Positions 9,325-17,246 of a stretch of 64,000 nt of DNA are shown here, piece by piece (positions within the stretch are counted from its first letter, which is position 1; the number at the start of each line of letters is the position of its first letter). Below the pieces are notes generated by a model that saw only the letters and a program-made list of their open reading frames with translations, did no database searches and was not told the origin of the DNA. A program made the translations under genes and the position numbers. Source of the stretch: Alphaproteobacteria bacterium (GTDB lineage Bacteria > Pseudomonadota > Alphaproteobacteria > JBFXJJ01); assembly GCA_050175015.1 (NCBI GenBank), contig JBFXJJ010000010.1, positions 1-64,000 on the forward strand, written 5' to 3'.

Positions 9325-10483
9325 TTGTTTTCTTTCCTAATTCTTCAATCATATTAACAGCAGTTGCCATTGATGCTCGGACAGGGTCTTGGTTTAATCT
9401 TGCATAAATTTGAGTTGCGTTTGCGGTTTTATGCCCCAAAGATTTGCCAATAATTGGCAAGCTTGCCCCTGTTATGGCTTGATAACTGCCTAAAGTTCTT
9501 CTTATATCGTGTATTCTTAAATTTTCCAACTCTGCTTTTTTTAAAATGCTTTTCCAAGCTGTTTTAGGCTCTTCAAAATGACCCGATGCACTTGCTTTGC
9601 TCGGAAAAACCCAAGTTTTATCTTTTTCTATGCTTTGATAGCGTTCCTTTAAAAGTTCAACCGCTTGATCTACTAAAGGAACATCTAAACTTTCGCCATT
9701 TTTAGTTTCTGGAATATGCCAATTTTGATTGTTAAAATTTATCTCTTCCCATCTCATCGATAAAACATTGCTCTTTCTCTGCCCTGTATAAATTGAAATA
9801 TAAAAAAAGTCTTTGGCTGTATCATTTGGATATTCATTAATAGCTTTAAAAAGTTTTGCCATTTCTTCAGGCTGAATAAATCTATCTCTTGACTTGGTTT
9901 TATATTTTTTAATGCCAATTGCTGGATTTTTATCTACATAACCCCATTCAACAGCTTTATTAAATACGTGGCGAATAAGCGTTAAGGCGTTATTGGCTGA
10001 GTAAATTCCGTTGTTATTGCCAAGTTTGGTATGAAGTTTTTCAATATCATTTTTTGTTATTGAGGTTATTTTTTTATAATCCCAATTTTTAAAATATCGA
10101 TTGTAAATATCTATATTTTCTTGCCAAGTTCTTTGTTTGGTATGCTTTTTAGAATATTTTTCAATATATTCATCAAAAAGCTCTTGTAATATAAGCTCTT
10201 CCTTAAGTCTGTTCTTTTCAATATTAGGATTTTTACCTTCACTAAGCTGAGAAATAATTTCTAAAGCTTTAGCTCGAGCTTTGATTAAAGTTATTTCCGT
10301 ATTTTTGCCAATAGTGATTTTTAAAGGTCTGCCATTATGCTTTTTATAAATGACATAGGTTTTAACCCCTTTATCGGTAACTCGGCATATTAAACAGCTA
10401 ACTTTATCATCTTTAACTGAATATCTTTTGCCCTCTTTAGCTGGCTTTAGTCTTTCAATATAACTTTCTGTAAAATTTGGCAT
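9317..10483 (-). CDS. int: Tyrosine integrase with arm-binding N-domain (P4-like)
   Basis: 'YTGQRKSN', 'TKNG', 'RIHDIRRT', 'LGH', 'IYA' catalytic residues; adjacent att site. Confidence 0.93.
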   Translation of the reverse strand: MPNFTESYIERLKPAKEGKRYSVKDDKVSCLICRVTDKGVKTYVIYKKHNGRPLKITIGKNTEITLIKARAKALEIISQLSEGKNPNIEKNRLKEELILQELFDEYIEKYSKKHTKQRTWQENIDIYNRYFKNWDYKKITSITKNDIEKLHTKLGNNNGIYSANNALTLIRHVFNKAVEWGYVDKNPAIGIKKYKTKSRDRFIQPEEMAKLFKAINEYPNDTAKDFFYISIYTGQRKSNVLSMRWEEINFNNQNWHIPETKNGESLDVPLVDQAVELLKERYQSIEKDKTWVFPSKASASGHFEEPKTAWKSILKKAELENLRIHDIRRTLGSYQAITGASLPIIGKSLGHKTANATQIYARLNQDPVRASMATAVNMIEELGKKTNE

Positions 10484-10502
10484 TTTAAAAAATCCTCAAA
10501 CT

Positions 10503-10586
10503 GGGGCTACTTTTTTAAATTTAATTTCAACAAAAGCGTTTTTTTAGAAGGGTTTTATAAAAATCTCGGGGCTACTCTGGGGCTAC
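10503..10586 (+). repeat. Three GGGGCTAC direct repeats, putative integrase arm-type sites
   Basis: Exact copies at 10503-10510, 10568-10575 and 10579-10586, between int and att. Confidence 0.65.
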
Positions 10587-10706
10587 CTTTTTGATAAAAA
10601 ACCATCAAAAACGACTTGTTGTTATAAAACCAAGAATCAGGCAAAAGTGTTGAATTGTCAAGGGTTATAATGGCATATAAAAAACCGTCAAACCTAAAAC
10701 CAGCAA

Positions 10707-10752
10707 ATTTGTAATCAGAGGGTCGGGAGTTCAAGTCTCTTAGCCGGCACCA
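10707..10752 (+). other. attR: displaced 3' half of tRNA-Thr(TGT)
   Basis: ATTTGTAATCAGAGGGTCGGGAGTTCAAGTCTCTTAGCCGGCACCA gives anticodon loop, T-arm, acceptor 3' strand and CCA; the 5' acceptor strand and D-arm are absent. Confidence 0.88.
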
Positions 10753-10760
10753 GAATTCTC

Positions 10761-10800
10761 AAGGGTTTCAAAGTTTTTGCTTTGAAACTTTTTTGTTTTT
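10761..10800 (+). terminator. Intrinsic terminator (probably the native tRNA terminator)
   Basis: GTTTCAAAG-N6-CTTTGAAAC hairpin followed by a T-run. Confidence 0.7.
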
Positions 10801-10848
10801 TTGATGTCATCTTAGGGATAATCTTTTAAATAAGAATGAAGTTATAAT

Positions 10849-11295
10849 TTACGGTAACGAGCTATAAGCTTTAATTAACATCATAATCATATTTTTAAAA
10901 TTAGAAATTGTATTATAACATTCAGGACAAAAGAATGATGCTAAGTAGTAGCCCAAAAAGACAATAGGAATATTCCCAGGAAGAGTTGTATAGTAAAGGA
11001 AAATACTGACAAGCGTATAAAACCATAAAAAGTAATAGAGTATTTTTTTTATTTTTTGGTTCTTGTTATATTTTAGTGTTTGATAATATGAGAAGATTAA
11101 CACAGAGAAAAACAGTGTATTTCTGCAAAAATAAAACATATTACGGTATTCTCTTGAAGAAAAAGTGTCGTATCTTTCTAAAAAGCATAAAAGAACTCCC
11201 AAACAAATTTGTAATAAGATGAAATAAACAAAGAAAACACGCCAAAAACCAGTGTTGATATCTATTTTTAAAATATTTTTGATGTCGTTTTTCAT
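10849..11295 (-). CDS. Small membrane protein
   Basis: 148 aa with 3-4 hydrophobic segments; weakly similar to the neighbouring gene. Confidence 0.65.
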   Translation of the reverse strand: MKNDIKNILKIDINTGFWRVFFVYFILLQICLGVLLCFLERYDTFSSREYRNMFYFCRNTLFFSVLIFSYYQTLKYNKNQKIKKILYYFLWFYTLVSIFLYYTTLPGNIPIVFLGYYLASFFCPECYNTISNFKNMIMMLIKAYSSLP

Positions 11296-11338
11296 GAAAA
11301 ACCCCGTTTTTTCAATAAGTATTGTTTTGTATTTATAT

Positions 11339-11800
11339 TTATCTTAAGTCCGAAGATAAGTTATGCTTTGCCATGTGTAACTCAATTATTTTTGGGCGGT
11401 ATAATGCTGAGCCAATATGGACTAATGGTGTTAAACTTCTAAAATATGAAATAGAAAGCATTGAAAGTATATAGTATAAAATTAATGAGTATTTTATTGC
11501 ATTCCTTGTTTTGTCTGAGTTTACCTTCTTTAATGATTTAAATACAAAAACAAAGCTATATATGGTATATATAACAACAATATATAAGGGAATGTAGATA
11601 AAGATGAAATAAAGTGTAAAATAAAGATAAAGGTTATTTTTAACAATATTATAAAAGCTATCAATGTTGTTCATTAAAATAAAATCTATTGTCTGTTTGA
11701 ATATCCCAACAGCAGTTTGCCCTAAAATAAACACATAAAAAATTTGGGTAAAAATATTCTTATTTATATGTCTGCATATATTACTGAAAAGTGTATTCAT
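11339..11800 (-). CDS. Small membrane protein
   Basis: 153 aa with three hydrophobic segments. Confidence 0.65.
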   Translation of the reverse strand: MNTLFSNICRHINKNIFTQIFYVFILGQTAVGIFKQTIDFILMNNIDSFYNIVKNNLYLYFTLYFIFIYIPLYIVVIYTIYSFVFVFKSLKKVNSDKTRNAIKYSLILYYILSMLSISYFRSLTPLVHIGSALYRPKIIELHMAKHNLSSDLR

Positions 11801-11895
11801 TCGATATCATTCCAATGATTAATTTTTTTATTTTCTAAATTAATAAATAGCACAAAATAGCACAGAGTTTAATTTTTAAAACAGTATTGTTAGAG

Positions 11896-12513
11896 TTATT
11901 GAATGTTGTTTATTATAGCATCACATAGAGCACTATCTTTTCCCTTTTTTATTTTTTTATAGCAATTGTCGAAAATACATAAATTATAGAGCCTGTTATA
12001 ATTATCAATTAAATAAGTATACGAAACTTTTTGTTCGTTAATAATATAATTCTGGTTATTAAACTGAAAAAAATTAAATTCGGAATTTAAAGGTAAAGAC
12101 AATTCCTTCTTTTCAATAGAATATGATGGAAAATAGGCGTTCTTTATTTTTCTTCCGTTGAATTTACTGGCGATACCATTTAAATCTTTTTCGCTGTTTA
12201 TAGTCAAACTTGATTGTTTTAGATAGTTTTTAACCTCGTCGATATTGTCAAAATAAACATACCCTAAACGTTCATTCTTGTTGTTTAACTTTATAATATG
12301 AAGCAGTTCTTCTTTGCCATCGTTATTAAAATCAATAAAAATAATTTTATCATCAGTATTAGCAATCTTTGCCATTTGAAACTGGGTAATTTCGTTGTCC
12401 CATTGATACGAATTAAAAGTAGAGGCATTTTGATTGTTATGTTTTGCTGTTGTGTAACCAATAAAACCACAAATTGCCACAAGTAAAAAAAGAAAAATTA
12501 CTCTGCTGTTCAT
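11896..12513 (-). CDS. Exported protein with one DFNNDG-containing module
   Basis: Signal/anchor N-terminus; 'WDNEITQ...IDFNNDGKEEL' matches the modules of the 919-aa neighbour. Confidence 0.75.
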   Translation of the reverse strand: MNSRVIFLFLLVAICGFIGYTTAKHNNQNASTFNSYQWDNEITQFQMAKIANTDDKIIFIDFNNDGKEELLHIIKLNNKNERLGYVYFDNIDEVKNYLKQSSLTINSEKDLNGIASKFNGRKIKNAYFPSYSIEKKELSLPLNSEFNFFQFNNQNYIINEQKVSYTYLIDNYNRLYNLCIFDNCYKKIKKGKDSALCDAIINNIQ

Positions 12514-15269
12514 TTGTTATTTACTTTTGTTTGAGATTCTTCAGTTTTTTCCAACTTATCTAAATCTGTACCGCAGAGTTCCTTTACTTTTTGTTTGAGG
12601 TAAGTTTCAAGCTGTTTTTTAGTATTTTCTGATAAATTAGAATTTTTTACTCTAGCTTTTATTTCATCAGCAAAGCTTTCGTCATATAAATAACTATCTT
12701 CATGAACGTGGTTTTTAGATATAATCTTAGCCGTGTATAACCTTATGATATTAAGCGGTAAATTTTCATTTTTATATAAGTAAGGATAAAACGAGCAAAT
12801 TTCATGGGATTTATCATCTTTTATTAAATATATATCATCGTAATAAGTATCAAAAAAATAGTTGGTTTTATTATATTTAAAGAATGAAAAATCATTCCAG
12901 TTAAATGGTTGTTTGTTATTCAAGAACTGTTCTGAGATACTGTTTTTTAAATTAGATTTTTTAACGAATCTAATAAAATTATCTTTATTTTTTACAATAC
13001 TGTTTGGTTCCTTTAGAAAAGCATTACTTAGACTTATATCATCTAAATAGATGTCATAACCAATGTTTCCATAAGGTTCATCAATGGCATCATAAACCCA
13101 AGCAATTTCTTGTTCTAGTTCTTCGTGCCTGTTTTTATTTTTTATTGGAAACCTTTCATGGATAAAGATATCACTATTAAATTTCTGGGCTATTTTCACA
13201 AAATCATCTTTGTTTTTAAGAACTAAGTTTGGTTGTTTTAAATATTTTTTAACTTCAGAAATGTTTTTAGAAAAGATTGCAGTATCAATATTATTATTAA
13301 TTCCATCTAGAGAATATATTCCTGTAGTATAGATTAACTCATTGTTGTTGTCGTTATTAAAATCAAGCTCAATAATTTTAGATAAATTCGCAGCCTCAAT
13401 TAACATTTGGGCAATGTTATTGTCCCATTCATACGGTTCAATTTTGAAGTTTTGAGAGATATAATTATCAAAATCATTAATAATATTTGTTTCGACTGAA
13501 AAACCATAATAACTTGCTACATTTTTACAGAAAATATTGTCTTCTCCTTGTTGGGGAATATTGGTTGACCCAACAAAACTGCAAATTTCTTTGGCTGAGT
13601 TTTTTTCGATTAGAAATACCTGTGTTTGCCAACGATTTTTATTAAGAAAATAAATTTTGCTATCAGAATAAAAAAAGTTAGGTTCATCTATTGGCAAAAA
13701 CCAACGTTCTTTCTTTTCATCAAAATAGGGGGTTCCTGAGGGAGTTATTTCTTTGCCGTTAAATTTTTCTGCAATGTTAAAAAAATCATTTTGATTATTT
13801 ATAACAAAGCTTTTTTGTTTTAATTGTTTGATGATATCGTCAATATTACTGTAATAAATTACAGCTTTTCTCGTTGATATAGAATTTTCTTTGGCATCTA
13901 GGTTATAATTTTTAGAAATATGTATTAACTCTTTTTGCCCATCATTGTTGAAATCAATTAAAATAACCCCATCTAAAGAATCATCGATAGGAGGTGTTTG
14001 CATTTGAGTTATTTTATGATCCCAATTATATTTCTTTATTCTATGATATTGACCAACATCATTTAAATCAAAATCGCTTGGTATTTTATTTACGATTTTT
14101 TTGGCTTTGACAAGACCATTGTTTTTATTTTTAGCATTCCAGTTGTAGTTTGGGTAAGTTTTAACATTGCTTGGATAGTTTTTTATCTTTTCGTTTTTTA
14201 CCAACAATCCATATGAATTAGCTGCAACATGGCAAACAAGGTTTTCATATCCTGACGTTAGTTCAAAATCAGGCAAAGAAAAACGGCACAACCTTTTTGC
14301 TTGGTTGTTTTCAATTAAGAAAACATTTGTTTTTTCGCTCAATATGTAAGTTTTATTATGGAACTCAAAAAATACAAGATCAATTAACGGTAAGGCCCAA
14401 TCTTGATTTTTCTCTGAGAAAAAAGGAGCATAAGCAAAGTTTATTTCTTTGCCATTAAATTTTTTAACAATAGCATCAAAGTTAGATTTATTTTTTAAGG
14501 TTAGATTTGGTTGTTTTAAGTATGCTTTGATTGCGCTAATATTTTGAGTGAAAAAGGCGGTATAACCTTTGTAAGTATCATATACTTCCTGTCCATAATC
14601 TTTTAAGTAATAAAATCCTGTAGTATAAATTAGTTCTTTTTTGCCATCATTATTAAAGTCAACTTCAATTATTTTAGATGGTTCTAGTTTAGCCAGTTGT
14701 ATTTGCGCAATGTTATTGTCCCAAGACATTTCTTCTATTAGTTTTGGTTTTATGAAATTTTCTTTGTCAGTAAGAAAGCTGTGTTTCTCGGCAAATGCAT
14801 AACAAACAGGTTCATTAAAGCCATAGTTAAGAAATAAAGGAGAGTTTGAATTATAATACCATTCATCATAAGTTTTTTTAGGATAATTTTTTGCTAGTAA
14901 CCAAGATGAACCATCTACAATTATTGATTTTGCAAAATCGCCTCTATTACAACTCATAGGAGTGCCATAGTTTTGGTAAAAAGCATTTTTATGTAGTTTA
15001 GCGCACATAATTCTACATTGTTCTTCCTCTTTTGACTTTGGAGAAAACCCTAAGTAACAATTATGGTTGCATCTAACTTCGCCTTCTTTGTAACTGAAAC
15101 CTGTTTCTAATGTAAAATCATTTTTTATTTTATTCAGGCTAGGAATCTTGCTCCAATCTGGATGATACTTCAATTTAGAGAAAACAGAGTTGCCTTCATC
15201 TGCTATGCTAATCGAAGCTGCCAGGGTTAAAAATGTTATGATAAATGCAATAAATTTAAGTGATTTCAT
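12510..15269 (-). CDS. Secreted protein with three internal ~200-230-aa modules carrying Dx[DN]xDG-like loops
   Basis: Signal peptide ('...SISIA'); repeated 'WD..I.Q...DFNND...ELI...LKQ...KFN...C.F'. Confidence 0.8.
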   Translation of the reverse strand: MKSLKFIAFIITFLTLAASISIADEGNSVFSKLKYHPDWSKIPSLNKIKNDFTLETGFSYKEGEVRCNHNCYLGFSPKSKEEEQCRIMCAKLHKNAFYQNYGTPMSCNRGDFAKSIIVDGSSWLLAKNYPKKTYDEWYYNSNSPLFLNYGFNEPVCYAFAEKHSFLTDKENFIKPKLIEEMSWDNNIAQIQLAKLEPSKIIEVDFNNDGKKELIYTTGFYYLKDYGQEVYDTYKGYTAFFTQNISAIKAYLKQPNLTLKNKSNFDAIVKKFNGKEINFAYAPFFSEKNQDWALPLIDLVFFEFHNKTYILSEKTNVFLIENNQAKRLCRFSLPDFELTSGYENLVCHVAANSYGLLVKNEKIKNYPSNVKTYPNYNWNAKNKNNGLVKAKKIVNKIPSDFDLNDVGQYHRIKKYNWDHKITQMQTPPIDDSLDGVILIDFNNDGQKELIHISKNYNLDAKENSISTRKAVIYYSNIDDIIKQLKQKSFVINNQNDFFNIAEKFNGKEITPSGTPYFDEKKERWFLPIDEPNFFYSDSKIYFLNKNRWQTQVFLIEKNSAKEICSFVGSTNIPQQGEDNIFCKNVASYYGFSVETNIINDFDNYISQNFKIEPYEWDNNIAQMLIEAANLSKIIELDFNNDNNNELIYTTGIYSLDGINNNIDTAIFSKNISEVKKYLKQPNLVLKNKDDFVKIAQKFNSDIFIHERFPIKNKNRHEELEQEIAWVYDAIDEPYGNIGYDIYLDDISLSNAFLKEPNSIVKNKDNFIRFVKKSNLKNSISEQFLNNKQPFNWNDFSFFKYNKTNYFFDTYYDDIYLIKDDKSHEICSFYPYLYKNENLPLNIIRLYTAKIISKNHVHEDSYLYDESFADEIKARVKNSNLSENTKKQLETYLKQKVKELCGTDLDKLEKTEESQTKVNNK

Positions 15270-15272
15270 GTT

Positions 15273-16385
15273 TTATCTTGATCTAAGTTTTTTTATATCA
15301 AAAAAGTTTTTTTTGGGTGCTATTTCTAAAATTCTATCATATCCGTTTTCCCTTTCTGGTATATGTTTAGGATTCTCTTTATCAAAATCATTAAATGTCT
15401 TAGGAAAGTTATTTGAAATATAATTAATAGTTGATTTTCTTAAGCCTACATTTTTGTCGGTTTGTATAAATGTTGATAGATCTTCTATGTATATACAGTC
15501 TTCAATTAAAAAATTTTTTAAAAAAACTGAGACATCTACATCTTTTGAAAAATTAAATTTATCTTTTTGGGGCTGATTTTGTTTAAGAAACTTAACCATA
15601 TTTTCTTCGTAGTAATCTTTTCTTAAGTCACTTAACCATATATTTTTTTTATTAACTTCTTTTTTTCCCTCATTATTTAGATTTGCTTTATCGGCACCAC
15701 TATATTCATACCATTCCTTGAAAGCACTTTTTGTTGCTTGCATTGTTCCGTTGCTAATTTCTCTTTCAAAAGCCTTGAAAATATCACTTGATGAACTTTC
15801 TTTGCGAGCATCAAAATAGACACTAAGATTACTTTCTTTTTTTAGTTCCCAAGTGGCAAGAGCAGAAAATGCTGTAGCATCAGCTTCCATTACTCGGTCT
15901 TTTATAATCCAAGCTCTTATACTGTCTTTTGTTAATTCAATTTCTATTCCTTTTCTATTTTGCCAAAAATGGCGTATTTCATGTGCAAAAGTTGCAGGCA
16001 TATTGACCCCATAACTATCTATGTCACTTTTGAATTTGCTATAAGCATCTCCGTATCTTTGTCCGTAAGTTTCTGGGGTGTCGTCTTTTCCATATTTTTC
16101 AATAATGCGAGGAATTATAATTTTTTTATTTACTGAATCAAAAACTCCAAAATTTTTTGTTTCTTTTTTATTGCTATCAGGATTGTTTTTGTAAACCTCA
16201 TCACTGAAAACAACCTTTATTTTATCTACCCCTATTTCTTTGATTAGACGTCGGATAGATTTACTTAAGAGAGTATTATAAAACTGAGAGTGATAAATAA
16301 TCGCATATTGATCTAGTTTTTGGCACCAAAGATCATTATACACTTCAGGAGAATCGGTCTCTATATCAGGTGTTCTGATATACAT
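15273..16385 (-). CDS. Zincin-like metallopeptidase domain protein
   Basis: HEXXH 'FAHEIRHFWQ' with downstream 'MEADA' third ligand; AAGGAGG RBS. Confidence 0.75.
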   Translation of the reverse strand: MYIRTPDIETDSPEVYNDLWCQKLDQYAIIYHSQFYNTLLSKSIRRLIKEIGVDKIKVVFSDEVYKNNPDSNKKETKNFGVFDSVNKKIIIPRIIEKYGKDDTPETYGQRYGDAYSKFKSDIDSYGVNMPATFAHEIRHFWQNRKGIEIELTKDSIRAWIIKDRVMEADATAFSALATWELKKESNLSVYFDARKESSSSDIFKAFEREISNGTMQATKSAFKEWYEYSGADKANLNNEGKKEVNKKNIWLSDLRKDYYEENMVKFLKQNQPQKDKFNFSKDVDVSVFLKNFLIEDCIYIEDLSTFIQTDKNVGLRKSTINYISNNFPKTFNDFDKENPKHIPERENGYDRILEIAPKKNFFDIKKLRSR

Positions 16386-16411
16386 TGGGCCTCCTTCTGT
16401 GGTAAGAGCAT

Positions 16412-16555
16412 CTATATTTCTTGTGCTTCTATAGCGTCGACATCGTTCTCTATTTGCAAGTCATGCTTGCTAGCAAGGCTGTTCTTCCTTCCTGAAAGAA
16501 ATTCTTTAATGCCACCTTTGGCTTTAAATTGTTCAACTTTAGATGATTTAACCAT
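16412..16555 (-). CDS. 47-aa small ORF upstream of the metallopeptidase (MVKSSKVEQF...EAQEI)
   Basis: Read manually; ATG preceded by AGGA; ends 27 bp before the peptidase start. Confidence 0.45.
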   Translation of the reverse strand: MVKSSKVEQFKAKGGIKEFLSGRKNSLASKHDLQIENDVDAIEAQEI

Positions 16556-16756
16556 AATAAAAAATCCTGTTGTTTATTTTTAAAAAAATAAATCTGATTG
16601 GAATAATAACGTTTCAATTTTATAGGCTGTTTTTTTGAACATATTTTAATTATAAGGATGTTTTGTTGCAAGTTATAGTTTTGTAACAAATATTATTACA
16701 GCTAATTTGTTTAAAGAAACTGCCAGTTACAATGATTACAATAAAATTAAGTGATT

Positions 16757-16930
16757 TCATTGGCCGTTTCTGCTTGCTTGAGGTTTTTTCATTCTTTCTA
16801 ACTTATCCCAATCTGTGCCGCAGAGTTTCTTGACTTTTTGTTTGAGATAGGTTTCAAGCTGTTTTTTAGTATTTTCTAATAAATTAGAATTTTTTACTCT
16901 AGCTTTTATTTCATATACAAAGCATATCAT
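16757..16930 (-). pseudogene. Remnant 3' end of a paralogue of the 919-aa gene
   Basis: 16800-16923 matches 12553-12676 (11 mismatches in 124 bp by eye); encodes EIKARVKNSNL.ENTKKQLETYLKQKVK.LCGTD. Confidence 0.8.
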
Positions 16931-17246
16931 TTGGTTTCAATCATAAAAAAGAAACGCAAATATATTTGCATTTAAACGTTTTTTGTTCTAATAACGCTTA
17001 AGTGTTGTAATATTTGTGTTTAGAATAATTTTGCCGCAAATTTAAAGGCTGTATAAGCTAAGGTTATGTTTGGCTAAGTATTTAAAAAAATGTTTTCTTC
17101 TTTATTATGAAGAAAAACGGAATAGGAAAAAATAATAAATTATAGCAAATATTCAAATTTATTATTGACCATAATTAAAAATAGCAATAATCAAAAAAAC
17201 AATAAACTGCTTTTTTAGTAGGTTTTTTATGGAGAAATAAAAGAAT

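Larger units (their letters stand above)
1..10752. mobile_element. Integrative mobilizable element / satellite-like island integrated in tRNA-Thr(TGT); left end lies outside the window
   Basis: Integrase next to a tRNA 3' fragment (att), plus HTH excisionase, primase/ATPase, TraK, MobC and MOBP relaxase; no T4SS or capsid genes in the visible part. Confidence 0.85.

Noticed and set aside
10681-10752. Intact tRNA-Thr
   Set aside because: No 5' acceptor strand, D-arm or 5' anticodon stem; it is an att fragment.
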